From positions 143,592,001-143,656,000 of the forward strand of contig OX597815.1 of the NCBI GenBank assembly GCA_951406725.2: a stretch of DNA of 64,000 nt, given 5' to 3'. This DNA comes from Octopus vulgaris. Lineage: Eukaryota. A model generated the notes under the pieces. The model had not been told where the DNA came from. It made no database searches and saw only the letters and a program-made list of their open reading frames with translations. This document shows positions 26,972 through 39,985 of the stretch, one piece after another (the first letter of the stretch is position 1; every line of letters starts with the position of its first letter). Made by a program: the position numbers and the translations under genes.

Positions 26972-27132
26972 GGAGAGGCAGTGGATGAAAACTACATCCC
27001 TAAAGAAATGTGGTGGACACAGGTCACACCCACAGAGATGGAGATCTGGAAGATATAAACCACAATCACAGAAGATGGTAGATGCAAACCACACCCATAG
27101 AGGGAGGTGGTGGACACAGACCACACCCATAA
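26972..27132. repeat. Degenerate minisatellite of about 30 bp (gaggtggtggacacagaccacacccata), about 5 copies
   Basis: Recurring ggtggacacag...cacaccca motif. Confidence 0.7.
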
Positions 27133-27893
27133 ACCACCAATAAAATAAAACAAATATACAAACAATATAAGGCCACTTGTACTAATAGGAAAGATTATGT
27201 CACCATAAAAGGCATTAATGCCTTTGTGAACATGGCCCAGTCAGATCAGCTGGTGTATTACGAAGTGAGCTGGAATCTTCCCACCAAAGAGCCTGGTTGA
27301 AATTTCTAGAAACTCCACAGGGGTTATAAACTTGGCAAGCTGAGTCATAGGCAGGACCATCTACAAGTCCATACAGAGCCATCTAGAAGTCCACACAAAG
27401 CCATGTCATTCTGTTCCATGAAATGGTCTCTCACTCTCTTCTATGTTTCCTTACAGGACAATCTCTGATGTTACATTGAACTATATCACCTACTTTCCAT
27501 GATAGATGTTCTCACTTTTACCACATCTCCTGCCTTGTGATAAGGCATTCTCATTCTACTTAATTTGTTCTCTATAAGTATGAACTACCTTCATATATTA
27601 ATTAGCATATCATGCAATGAAAATTTGTACTTATTCCATATGAAAGCTGCTCAATATATTCAGCTGTTGCATATATGTAAATGTTCCAGGTTAATAAAAA
27701 TGTGTGACAGCTAATATGAATCCCCATGTGATAATTATGATCTTGACACACAGCCCACCAGATATTGTTATTCCTCAATAACTATTTAACAACTATTGTA
27801 ATATTTCAGGATAGTCAACTTTTTTTATCTCAAATAAATACTATATATTCATTCTTCACTTCTTTATTATTGTTCATATTTTATGTCCATTCT

Positions 27894-27933
27894 CTGGAAA
27901 TCTTTCATCACACACCTGTGACCTCTTCAGCAA
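27894..27933 (-). ncRNA. Hammerhead-like motif
   Basis: Reverse strand reads ttg-CUGAAGA-g-GUCACA ggug UGUGAU-GAAA-GAU-UUC-cag: intact core, 6-bp stem II, 3-bp stem I. Confidence 0.5.
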
Positions 27934-28044
27934 CTCTCCATTCCACATGTCTCCTGTTCTGTTTAATCTATTTTGTCTTTCTATGGTGTGTATCCTTGCG
28001 AGCACATCTGTGTGTATGTGTGTGTGTTTGCATGTCTATGTGTC

Positions 28045-28080
<36 letters not shown>

Positions 28081-29222
28081 ATGTCTATGTGTCTTGTGTG
28101 TGTGTTGTGTGTACATGGATTTGCTTTCTGTACTGTTTATTCTCTACAATTTTACACAAGGTATTCACCAACCGCAAATACATCATATTTACACCATTTC
28201 CAGATCAACAATGTCAGATCTGTGGTATTTACTCAGACAAAATATTCCAGTGGTATCCCATTATTTCAGAACTCTACAAAGATTTTGTTCTTATCGTTCA
28301 TCTCTAGTGGATCAAAGGAATGAAGCAACTGGAATATATTTTTAGCCGACAGCTGATAATGATGATAATGACATGAGTAATACTACATAAAATGGTATGA
28401 AACAACCATTTCTCAAGCAATCTTGGAAATGTCCAATATCTCTTCGATATATTATATATTTGGTATCTATTACTGAGTTGTTGATTGGACAAAGGTCAAA
28501 TATTTACGATATCCAGTTCATAATGCATGCATGCCCACTGATGTATCTGAATAAGTATTATATATGTATATATATGCACACATATGTGCTTATGGGTGTG
28601 TATGTATATATAAATTAATATACATATTCGTATGCATGAAATCGTGTGTGTGTATACACATTTGTGTATGTGTGAATGTGTGTGTGTATAGAGAAATGAG
28701 CCTGAATATAGCTATCATCAGAACAATCATGTATGTATGTATGTGTGTATGTATGCATATATGTGTTTATATATGTGTGTGTGTGTATGCACTGTATAGT
28801 GCATATCTTTATTTGCTTTTTCCTTTTCTGTCTCCCTCTTTCACACACGTGTGTGTACACACACACACACATACAATACGTAAAAGCACATACACTCAAA
28901 AGGTTACATACATATAAAATAAATGCACATACATACACATTTAATTTAATATAGACTTAAATTGCATAATTACTTATGCAATTATAATCCAACTTCTACA
29001 CGCATAATTAATCTTACAGGATTATTAAATAAATATTTTATAATTAAACACACACATATATATATACATGTCTACATATATGCACACATATATGTATATA
29101 TATATATATATGTGCATACATATTTATACAAAGATATAAAGACATACATATGTACACACACATATATATATATATATATGCATACATGTCTATCCATATA
29201 TTTTTATAGACACACACACAGT

Positions 29223-29282
<60 letters not shown>

Positions 29283-30660
29283 CATCTACATATCTTATAT
29301 AAATATGAATGCATGTTTAAAAGAGAAAAAGAGAGATGCACAATTTTACATGCACAATTAGATAGTTAGATGAAGGCATATAAATGCATACTTGAAATAA
29401 CAGATGCACATCTATGCACTCAAGCTTCTGCAGCCATCCATGCACATAAGCAATCTGATATTCATTCATCTCGTCATGAACATCTATTTTTGTAAGGCGA
29501 TTATTATTATTATTATCATTATTATTATTATTATCATCAGTATTATTATTACTTTTATTTATATTATCATTATTATTATCATTATTATTATTGTTGTTGT
29601 CGTTGTTGTTGTTTTCGTTGTTATTGTTATTAATCAGACTTCGGCAAAGAATTAAGTTTAAAATCAATAGTTGATCTAAAACTAAACATGTTCTGACAAA
29701 GTTCACCCCAGACATGAAACATCTAAAGAATTTATCGAACGCTTCAAATTCCTGTTGTTTGCACCCACCCTGTACACACAAACACACACACGCACACACA
29801 AAAATTCACTCAAATGCATACTTTCTTTCTCTTACACACGCTCCTGTTTCTCCCTCTTAAGGACACACACACTTTCCCGCTCTTTCCCTCACTTTTTCTC
29901 TTTCTCTCTCTCACACACATACACATGCACACACACACAAGCATAGACACACATTATCTCTACCTCATTTATACACGCACACACATCTACCCAACTTTGT
30001 TTAAACAATGTTGACCTGGAGAGGTGTTTAACACAGAATTAACAACAACAGTAATTAAAAAAATGATAATAATAATAATAATCATTGATTTTGCTAATCA
30101 CTTCTTACATCATCATCATCTTCATAATAATAATAATAAAACAGTTTTCATAATAAAAACAAGAATCCATTCTTTATTATTTGCCACAAGGGTACTGGCT
30201 GGGGGGACATTACAGGGGTAGGTTAAAGTCATTCACCAGCTATGCATATATGGTGTATTAAATATATATAGCCAGCTACTGTAATAGAAAATATATGTGG
30301 GATAAACATGATATTAGTAAAGGATGATGATGATGATGTGGAGGCTTAAATGCCTTCACCTTCCAAAGGTCAAGCTGACCACAGCAATGACATCCAGTGG
30401 CTGTGAGTGGGAGGTAAGAGTTCTGCTACTAAATTGGGTTAGAAGTAAACTACACAGAAAATACCTTCTGCCAGCACTGTGGAGATGTGCTGCAGTTAGG
30501 TAAGAGCATTATGCAATTTCAATCCAGGTTCAATTCCTGGCTAAACCATTTCACGTCACTTATTTCTGCAGCATGCGGCAACTGTATATTATGAATATCT
30601 ACGAGAGTGGTGGGTTGCCCCAGGTTCATTTGGCCTTGATACATTATGGTAGTAATTACA

Positions 30661-30767
30661 TTAACCCTTTAAATATTCAGATTACTCCATCAAACATAAT
30701 GCTTATTTGTTCGCATTGTTTTGAATTAATTATGCATTATCTTGTAGCTTCAAGATTTCAATGATGT
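30661..30767. mobile_element. One end of a piggyBac-type MITE (family of 58124-58332)
   Basis: Starts ttaacccttt; reverse-complement similarity to about 58230-58336. Confidence 0.65.
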
Positions 30768-30786
30768 CATCCTCCTCCTCCTCATT

Positions 30787-30963
30787 ATCATCATTTAACT
30801 TCCATTTTCATGCTAACATGGGTTGGATGGTTTGATGAGGGATAGCCAAGAGAGAGATGCCACGGCTCCAATTGTTTGATTTGCCATGGTTTCTACAGCT
30901 GGATGCCCTTCCTAACACCAACCATGTTACAGAGTGTACTGGTGGTCTTTTATGTAGCACCAA
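30787..30963 (-). mobile_element. Meta-core repeat
   Basis: tttctacagctggatgcccttcctaacaccaacc core. Confidence 0.8.
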
Positions 30964-31505
30964 TGGTTTAGTTCTACAATGGCATTGTGAGAGGCTGAAT
31001 CTAGCCAGTTTGAACATTATTTTGCCTGGATATGGCAAGGCTAACTGCTAAATGCTTCATGTGTGTAACACTAGCCAACAATTCTCATTATCGATATCAT
31101 CTGTGCTGATAGCAGACACTGCACTTATGGTACCTTCTTATATTCTGACATAAATTTTTAAAAAATGGTTTTGTTTATCTGCCTAAAACAGTAGTGAGTG
31201 TGTGTGTGTGTGTGTGTATTTCTTATGTTTATGTAAAACTTGAACTGCAGCAACAAGATGGCCCAAGAGGGCAATTAAGATACTGTAGTCAGAAATGTGA
31301 CATGTGCAAATCAATAAAGACCCAATGTTTAGAAACATGTCAGTGTAAAAAAAGAAAGAGAGGAAGTAGGTAGGGGGATAAAAATATAAAGGGGAGAATA
31401 TACACAAACACATACAAATACAGACACACGACAACACATGTGACTTTAGAAACTCATCAGAATATGACAAATAGACCATATTATATGTGTATGTGTGTAT
31501 GTATG

Positions 31506-31535
<30 letters not shown>

Positions 31536-31536
<1 letters not shown>

Positions 31537-31627
31537 GCTACCTCTGAAGAGTGCAGGGTTACATAATCGGACTGTTACCTAACACTCCATTGAATCCCTA
31601 GTGCAAAACCTAGTGGTAAGATCAGCT
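31536..31627 (+). ncRNA. Degenerate hammerhead-like motif in putative PLE LTR
   Basis: agctacct-CUGAAGA-g-tgcaggg...ccctagtgc-AAAAC-ctagtg-GUA-agatcagct. Stem I and stem III (ACC/GGU) pair, but the G of GAAA is missing. It directly follows a (TA)n tract. Confidence 0.5.
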
Positions 31628-31716
31628 GCAATGGATAAATAATACTGTACAAGTCCATTTTTCCTGACTTATAGACTCACAAATGGCTTACACACACATG
31701 CACACACTTCCACATA

Positions 31717-32080
31717 AAGATTTTCGATGCTGCTGCCAGTGGCTTCAAAGACAGAATTAGTTACATGCCAGACCCTAAACCCTCCAAGACGAAGCAACAC
31801 CAGAAAGTGTTGTGGTTCACACCACCCTTCTCTTTAAGTGTTAAAATCCTAATAGTTAAGATTTTCCTTAGTATCATAGACAAGCACTTCCCCATACAAA
31901 TTATTTAGCAAAATATTTAATAGGCACACCCTGAGAATTTCCTTTAGCTGTGCATCCAATGTAAAAAAGATTTTAGTAGGTAGGCCCACACCTAAGACAG
32001 AGGCAGGATGCTCATCTAGAGGTAACACAACATGTCAACTAAATGGCCACTGTAATACGGAGACCATTGTATACAGTGTT
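31717..32080 (+). pseudogene. Penelope-like element fragment (RT thumb/linker to start of GIY-YIG endonuclease), one frameshift
   Basis: Manual translation gives KIFDAAASGFKDRISY...KVLWFTPPFSLSVKILIVKIFLSIIDKHFP / FSKIFNRHTLRISFSCASNVKKIL...CSSRGNTTCQLNGHCNTETIVY. This matches PLE motifs IIWFNPPFS..IDKHFP..KIFNRNT.KISYSCM.N and CNC....CPL.G.C....IVY. Confidence 0.9.
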
Positions 32081-32122
32081 GGCATGGTTTCTACAGCTGG
32101 ATGGCTTCCCTAAGACCCCAAA

Positions 32123-32163
<41 letters not shown>

Positions 32164-32737
32164 AACAAATATAAACATACACACATGCACATACTTGCAA
32201 TCACTTTTTCGCTTTTTGTATCTTAGTCTAGGAGGGATGAGAAGCACCCTGACCCTATACTTTTCTAAGGCAAGAATGCTGAATACTACAGAATTCTAAC
32301 AATATATCCTACTAAATATGCATCATATAGATGCACATTGAGTAGGATATAAAGATTGCCGTATGGTATGGGTACTGCTTTATTTATTTTTTAATAAGAC
32401 TGCTTGTTATTTGTAACATCAGTGACTGAAAAGTCACTGTAATTGTGTATAACATTGGACAGTGAGATTTAGCTGATATGTGACAAGTGGGTACCTGTCA
32501 CTGAGGATGTGCAGTATGCTAAAATCATGTGATCTGGTAATTCCAACACCCATACCAGATGATCCCATATCTTCAAACTGTATACATGTGTGTGCTCTTA
32601 GCACCGTGCATCTGTATGAGAGGTTCTCTCAGGACAAATACTACAGTATTTAGCATTTAAACAGTATGTCCATATCAAGTAGAATATAAAGTATGTGTGT
32701 GTATGTATATGCATACTTAGATTCTTCTGATGGTCAT

Positions 32738-32990
32738 TCCTTGTCATGGTAGAGGAGGGCTTGCATTGTTCAGTGATTCTGAGAGCAATGCCCATCAAGA
32801 GTCTAATGTTCTTTGGTAGGACTATGCATAGCAGCAAAGTTGAAGAACAGAACCCAGATCGAAAAAGAATAATCCCACTTCATGCTGCCTAGTGACAGAA
32901 CAACTCTTGCAGACAACAAGGGCTGATCTCAATAATATTTGAACTAATGGAGGAAGGCAATGCTAGATGAACTGACCAAGAAGGTATTAC
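32738..32990 (+). mobile_element. Probable RTE (BovB/Expander-like) 5' region, decayed
   Basis: ccttgtcatggtagaggagggcttgc...tcagtgattctgagagcaatgcc and ggaggaaggcaatg resemble RTE 5' UTR motifs (from memory). Confidence 0.45.
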
Positions 32991-33178
32991 TCAGAGCTAA
33001 TCCTACTCAGTAATAGTCTGTTTCAATTTCATCAACTGAACCTTGTTTGTCTCACACTACATGTGCCACAGAGGATTGTCCTGAATGAATCCATAGTGTG
33101 TGGCTCTTATCTTGACAATTTAAGATCCATCAGAAACTAATCCATGCCAATGATATTTCATCCTGCTGTGTGTATATA

Positions 33179-33392
33179 TGTGAAAGCACATGGCCTAGTG
33201 CTTAGGCTGTTACACACATGATCACTAGATCATGGGTTTGATTCCCAGACCAGGAGGTACATTGTGTTCTTGAGCAAAACACTTCATTTCACGTTGCTTC
33301 AATCTCCTTTTGATCAAGGGGGAGAGTTGGCCTGCTCGCCTAACCAGCTGGGTGGTATCATTTGATGGCTAAAATGATGCAATGCACAGCAT
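33179..33392 (+). mobile_element. tRNA-headed SINE, same head as 1049/49209/61252 with a different tail
   Basis: tggcctagtg..., gggtttgattccc, and tgtgttcttgagcaaaacactt. Confidence 0.7.
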
Positions 33393-33401
33393 TAATTGAT
33401 A

Positions 33402-33450
<49 letters not shown>

Positions 33451-33675
33451 CAGGGTAGGCCAAAAGTCAACCAACAGTAAAACAAAATTTCATAAATACT
33501 CTCTGTAATTCTGTATTGACTTGAATGGAAAAAATGTGTCACTGAAGAAGGACTTCAGTTTGAACAATTTCCACAATGTTTCATATTTTGATGCTTTTAT
33601 TCAGTTGTTAAACATAAATAAATTTTGGAATTAAATGGCTTTGACTTACTGTGAGGTGACTTTTGGCCAACCCTG
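33451..33675 (+). mobile_element. Tc1/mariner non-autonomous element
   Basis: TIRs cagggtaggccaaaagtcaacc / ggtgacttttggccaaccctg with TA on both sides. Internal KKCVTEEGLQFEQF resembles a transposase C-terminus (CxxxxGxxFE). Confidence 0.9.
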
Positions 33676-33969
33676 TATATGAAGGCCCGAAATACCTGAT
33701 ACTTTGCTGTACTCAAGAAGACACATCCTCCACAGCAATCCACTTTGACCCAGCTACTCAAATAAGCAACAGCATTCCAGACATGAACTTCACTTCTGTC
33801 AACACAATTTACCTCAGAATACATTGTCCTATACTTTTTTAAGCTTGTGGTCAATGAAAGTCATTTGGCATCTGTTTCTAGTAGATCGAGTAAACTAAAT
33901 ATAATCTGCAGGAGCAGCAGAGGTAGTGGTGGTAATAGTGGTTGCCATAGTGAGATAATAATGTACAGT

Positions 33970-34008
<39 letters not shown>

Positions 34009-34343
34009 AGAAAGAGAGAGAGAGAGAGAGCTATAAATTTGTCTTGACGATATTTTAATGTTAAGTTTCAACTGTAAAAAAATTAACCGTTTCAATTAAC
34101 TCTTTCAATTATGTTTCCGAAATGTTTATGCCTTTGTTTGTTTGCATTACATGAAATCTAAATAATTATTATCTTATTTGAAAATGTTAATTTGTATAAT
34201 AATTGCATTATACATAGAGGAAGAAAGTCAATTGAAACCATATTCCACAAGGAGAGATTACTTAACATCTTTGTTGTTTGATGTCTTCTCTAAAAATGAA
34301 AATTATATACACACACACACACACATATATATATGTATATATA

Positions 34344-34382
<39 letters not shown>

Positions 34383-34532
34383 GCATATATATACATATAT
34401 ATACACACATATACATATATATATATGCATATATATACATGGATATATATATATATATATATACACACACATATATATGCATACACTCATATACACGCAC
34501 ACACAGATACACGTGCATGTGCACACACATAC

Positions 34533-34583
<51 letters not shown>

Positions 34584-34909
34584 TACAAAGCAAAAACAAT
34601 GTGTTGTTTTTCTGAAAATGGTTTGTTATTTCTTATTTTGAAGAATTCAAATTTGAAATACATCTCATATGAATCATTGCCAGAGCAAAGAAGTTTCCTA
34701 CGGGTGAGGGGTGTGCTAGGGATGGGGAGGCATATGTAACATAGGGAACTAGCTTTCTACCCCTGCACCACCACCACCTGTCCCATTTGTTCAACTTCTT
34801 TCCGGGCTTCTGGCATTGAACTCAGATGTCAGAATGATAAGAGAAATTCAGAAAAGGTCTGTTTACCATGGTTCAGTCATAAAATATAATGTTAGGATAT
34901 ATATATGTG

Positions 34910-35293
34910 CAAACCTGAGCACCAAACTGTTAATCTGTTAATCATTAATTAATGAAGTTAACATTTTCATTAACAATCTAACTTTGGAAATCATTATCGG
35001 ACTAATTAACTTCCGTTAACTCAAAGTCAACTTAAGTTAACGGCTGCTAGCTTCAATTGAATTGAAGTTAACAGACTTTATAGTTTTGGCACTTTTTAAA
35101 AGGTGTTTTGGGGTGGTTTTAGAGCAAAACCAGATTTTTTTTTTCTATAACAAAAATTAACGTTAACGGTTTATCAATAACTTCTGTTACATTTTTAAAG
35201 AATTAACTAATTGATGATTATCGAAGTTAACTTTTTGGTTAACAGATTAATGGTTAATGAAGTTAACTTTTCAATTAGCAGTGCCCACCTTTG
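34910..35293. mobile_element. AT-rich non-autonomous DNA element with many GTTAAC motifs
   Basis: Imperfect termini caaacctgagcac / gtgcccacctttg and repeated gaagttaac subterminal motifs in both orientations. Confidence 0.6.
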
Positions 35294-35316
35294 TATATGT
35301 GTGTGCACATATACAC

Positions 35317-35750
35317 TTTTACTTGTTTCAGTCATTTGACTGCGGCCATGCTGGAGCACCGCCTTTAATCGAGCAACTCGACCCCGGGACTTATTCTTTT
35401 GTAAGCCCTGTACTTATTTTATCGGTCTCTTTTGCCGAACCGCTAAGTAACGGGGACATAAACTCACCAGCGGTTGTCAAGCAATGCTAGGGGGACAAAT
35501 ACAGACACACAAACACACACGCATATATATATATGCATATATATGACGGGCTTCTTTCAGTTTCCGTCTACCAAATCCACTCACAAGGCTTCGGTCGGCC
35601 CGAGGCTATAGTAGAAGACACTTGCCCAAGGTGCCACGCAGTGGGACTGAACCCGGAACCATGTGGTTGGTAAACAAGCTACTTACCACACAGCCACTCC
35701 TGCACCTAAATAGCCACTCCTGCGCCTATATGGCCACTCCTGCGCCTATA
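35317..35750 (-). mobile_element. Full-length young CORE-type SINE (OR2-like) with triplicated 5' end
   Basis: A box TGGCTGTGTGG, B box GGTTCAGTCCC, CORE ggcaccttgggcaagtgtctt; CpG-rich. Confidence 0.92.
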
Positions 35751-37631
35751 TATATATATCAGTAAATATATATATGTACATACATATATATATACATCCA
35801 TGCTAGCATGGAAGGCAGATGTTAAACGATGATGATATACATATATATGTGTACACACACTCACACACATATATATATACAGTCAAAAGGTAAGAGCTAG
35901 GTATGCTCAATATAGAAAGCATATCTTTTTCAACAAGGTCCATGGGGTAAAGAGTCGCTGTAAGAGAAATCCAGGTGAGCTGATATGGACATAGTGATGC
36001 AGATAATCATGATTAGGTTTGATATAAATAAATAAACATACAGAGAGAGAGAGAGATAGAAAGATACATGTAACAACATATCAGAAGATAAACATATAAG
36101 TACAAGAATATAATTATATATATAGACAAATATATTTGCAGAAAACATAAAAAACACAGAATACTAAGGAGAGAATACATAGTTTTTTTTTAACTCAACA
36201 GCTGTTTCTGGAAGCTCAGAATTACAATTAATAATTGTAATGTTCACAATTAGCAGATGGAATGTGCAAAGAATCGTGGGTGCACAACAGTAAATGGTCA
36301 CATAGAGATATTACCATAAGGCCAGTTTCCTACATCAGACAAAAGAATTGGCAAAAGCAGTTCACTACATTGCTAGATCAGATTGGAGCCTGGTGCAGCT
36401 GCTGGCTTTCCAAACCTCAGTCAGAAAACAGGTAAAGGTTGGTGGAAGGAAGAGCATTCAGTTGTAAACCAATGCCTCAATAACTTATTCATCTAACCTC
36501 TGCTAGCATGAGAAAATGGATGTAAAACAAATTAATGAACCTTGCTCATTCATGGCTGTATCTGCATCCAGGAAAAAACTTTTCTGCCTGCCGATAAAAC
36601 AGACTGAGGGAGAGATAGAGAAAGACCTTAATCATATGAAGTAGTTATAAGAATATCAGAAACTATAAAGTTTAGCACTGAAATATTGAGACTTTTAGTG
36701 GCATGTTATATATAATGAGAGTTACTGTACAAAACAGATTCTGTGATATATGTAAAGCTACAGACAGAGACTAGGTTTCCGTGTATCTTTCTACTGAAGG
36801 ATGTTCTCAAGGTAATTTGAGATATTTTTGACTGCCATTTCTAGCAGACCAGTGTAGTTCTTGTGACGTTTTTATTAATTTGTTTAATAGGTGGTAGGTA
36901 AGTGATGCAGCAAATGAAGATCTGGAGAGTAGTGCATCAAGGGGCACATAGCTTCTAGGAGAGGGGACAAGAAGGGAAGGTAATAATCGTTGTGATGACT
37001 GACAGACAGGTGAATGTAGGGAGCTGTGAAGGAGGAGGAAGAAGAGCAAGAGGAGCAGGTGGAGGAGAGCAAAAAAGATAAAAGATGTAGAGGTAGAACA
37101 AAGAAGAAGAGGAAGAAAAAGTGAAAACAGAAGAAAATGAGGCTGATAGGAAAGATGACAGGAAATTTGTGGGGTGGGGTGGGTGAGAAGAGAAAATAAA
37201 GGAAGTGAGTGACTGTTCCTGCAACTCCACCACCTCCCTTCTTTCTCTGTTTAAGTGATGACACAGATATGAAGGTGGAGACGGGGGGGGGACAGGGGAT
37301 GACAAAAAGACAACAATAGTGTCTGGCAGCACCCACCCTACACCCCCTTCTACTGTTCTCCTCCAGACATCTCAGCTTCCTTCCCCACCCCCCACACCCA
37401 AGGCAGTGGAGAGAGGAGAGGTTTTTTTAACAACTATGACTACTACTACTACTACTACCACCACAATTCTACTACAACCACTATTCACTACCATAATAAC
37501 TATAGCTACAATAACTGTACAAACATTTTAACAACCAGCTCCACTTCCCACCACCATCAAACTGCTACTATCATTTTATAGGTAAACAAACATATATATA
37601 TATATATATAAATGGTGTCAGTTGTTCTTGG

Positions 37632-37672
37632 TGCACCTGAGAATGACCAGGGGTCCAAATGATCATTGTGTG
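37632..37672 (+). ncRNA. Degenerate hammerhead-like motif in short element between (TA)n tracts (37611-37745)
   Basis: tgcac-CUGAGAA-u-GACC agg GGUC-CAAAU-GAUC-AUU-gugug. Stems I and II and the palindromic stem III (AATGATCATT) are retained; the core is mutated. Confidence 0.5.
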
Positions 37673-37739
37673 AACGATTAAATAAAATCCCACAGCTGAT
37701 GTTACAACTGCTTTGCATCTTATTCTATATAATCAAATG

Positions 37740-37786
<47 letters not shown>

Positions 37787-37790
<4 letters not shown>

Positions 37791-37959
37791 GGTGATTTTT
37801 TTTCCTCAGTCTTCCCTTCTCTGGATCTTTCCTTCTCCTATGTTTCCGACGAAGAGCTCCACTCGAAACGTTAAACTCTCCTTCTTTCCTTAGCGTCCAA
37901 TAATACTATAATTGTTCCACGTCCTCGTGTTGTGTTTTTTTGTACTTTCTTGTTTGGAT

Positions 37960-37965
<6 letters not shown>
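37787..37965 (+). mobile_element. Short PLE-like element with minimal hammerhead (37842-37876), flanked by (TA)n on both sides
   Basis: gttt-CCGACGA-a-GAG ctcca CTC-GAAAC-GUU-aaac; reverse complement of 16960-17130. Confidence 0.75.
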
Positions 37966-38002
<37 letters not shown>

Positions 38003-38028
38003 GGGTTTGTATATTGTGTATAGAGCGA

Positions 38029-38253
38029 TATATATTATTCAAAGAAATTCCAACTCTGTCTGTTTTTTATGTTTTATTTATATTCTTTATAATATTAATG
38101 AAAAATATAGAATATATAGTATAAATGATATATATATTGTAAAATGAAATGAAGTATTGAATGTCTTATTGAATAGATGAAATATTGAATATCAAATATT
38201 AAGGGGCTAGTATACTTTCTTGCATTAAAGCAGTCTTCAAGGTCCCAAGTTGT
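38029..38253 (-). mobile_element. Short element with hammerhead-like motif (38203-38246); shares a terminus with the 40137-40797 palindrome
   Basis: Reverse strand reads gggacc-UUGAAGA-c-UGC uuuaau GCA-a-GAAA-GUAUA-CUA-gcccc. Terminus atattattcaaagaaatt is also found at 40139. Confidence 0.55.
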
Positions 38254-38336
38254 ATATATATATATATATACCCCACCCATGCCAGCATGGAAGGCAGATG
38301 ATGACAATGATGATGACGATGATATATATTATATAT

Positions 38337-38371
<35 letters not shown>

Positions 38372-38538
38372 TAGGTTGAAGTTGTGAGGAAAGGTGAACA
38401 ATTAGGCAATGCAGGACAAGGACATTTAATTTCATTCAATTCAATTTAAATTTAGCTCCATAATGAATATGAAATTAAATGTCCTTGTCCCACATAGCCT
38501 TATTGCTTGCCTTTCCTCACTACTTTAAATTATACCTA
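38372..38538. repeat. Imperfect palindrome (foldback)
   Basis: Perfect 22-bp arms ggacaaggacatttaatttcat (38414-38435) and its reverse complement (38469-38490), extended by imperfect pairing. Confidence 0.9.
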
Positions 38539-38837
38539 TTAACTCAAAGGGGTGCCACCTCTGGCCGTTTTTGAATGAGTTGGTTATTGATCTACTTATT
38601 GAATTTATTTACCAATACCGTTGTACATAGAGTAAATGTGTTTGAAAGTTGAGGTTTCTTTGGTATGTTTGTTCCCAAACAACACTTATTTTAGTGCTGT
38701 TGACACAACCAGATTGAATGGTACCACCCAGATGTTGAAACCATAATAATATCCATTGGGCAGCTGATGAGGGAGATATGCTGGATTGTTGGTATGGCTG
38801 TTTTGTATAAGTGGATTAGTATTATAACACATCCTTT

Positions 38838-38871
<34 letters not shown>

Positions 38872-38909
38872 AGAATTCACATACTGGAACACTACCACAC
38901 TACCTTAAA

Positions 38910-39240
38910 ATGTTTAGTCAAATAAATCGATCCCAATATTTAATTTTTAAGTCTGGTGCATATTCTACTGGTGTCTTTCTTTTGCTGAATCACTAAGCTA
39001 TGGGGATGTAAACAAACCAAGATTGGTAGTCAATGGGTTGAGGGAAGGGAACAAACACAACACAAACACACACACATATATGCAAACACAACTGAATTTC
39101 CCACAGTTTCTGACTACCAAATTCACTCATAAGGCATTGGTCAGCCTGGGGCTGCCTAAGGTGCTGCACAGTGCAACTGAACACAAAACCATATGGTCGC
39201 AAAGCAAGCTTCTTAACCACCTAGCCATATCAGCACCTAT
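38910..39240 (-). mobile_element. CORE-type SINE, diverged
   Basis: Both halves are recognisable against 35317-35750. Confidence 0.75.
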
Positions 39241-39364
39241 CAATCTCTCTCAAGAAAATGGAGCCCCATACCATAAAGGTAAGGCATCAAAAGCATAGAA
39301 GAGAACTCACAGAATTGATATTCTGAAACAGGTAGACCAAAACCCCAGTCATAATCCAATAGAA

Positions 39365-39985
39365 CTGAAAAAAACTAATTATAGATTAATGACTTGTAAG
39401 AGCTTTACAAACCCAACACAGGGATGCTGTTAACAAAGTGAAAGTTAGCAATGTTTTTGGTGAGGAATTTAGCATAGAGCTATGTATCCATCAGGGTCCA
39501 GTTTTTGGCACCTGTTTATTACAGTTCTCCGAGCCACAATGGAGGAGCTTAAGACTGGCTATCCATGAAACTACTATATGTCAATTATTTACTTCTCTAA
39601 GTTGAGTCTATCAATGAATCAGAGGAAAAAATCTTAAATGTGGAAGCAAATCCTAGAATCAAGAGTTCTTAAAATAAACCTAGCAAAGAGGAAGAAAGAT
39701 GGCAAAACTCTTCGACCATTTGGATTTGGTCAATGTTTCTGCATATTGAGTATGGCTGTGTTCCATTTGGGAAATAGCCATGTTAATATGCAGCAAAGGA
39801 GAAGATAAGAGTTTGATACTGTATAGCCAACATAAAGTATGGATGCATGAGGTGTAGAGTGAGATCACAAAGAAGCTGGAAGAGAAATAATTTGTTTGAA
39901 GATGGGCAGTATTGAACAGTAAGAGACAAATTTTTCCAAAAACTTGGTGGGCTCCCTCGAATTAGGTGACAGAGATTTCCAAAAA
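39365..39985 (+). pseudogene. Decayed RTE LINE reverse-transcriptase fragment
   Basis: Translates to LVRALQTQHRDAVNKVKVSNVFGEEFSIELCIHQGPVFG, ITVLRATMEELKTGYP*KLLYVNY (eroded YADD) and WKQILESRVLKINLAK. Confidence 0.85.

Noticed and set aside
27430-27505. Splice acceptor ttccttacag at about 27457
   Set aside because: No convincing donor or coding frame follows.
38764-38830. CTGATGA as a hammerhead (also 22135, 23940, 43813, 56133, and about 6780-6820 minus)
   Set aside because: No matching stem II plus GAAA plus NUH arrangement could be built.
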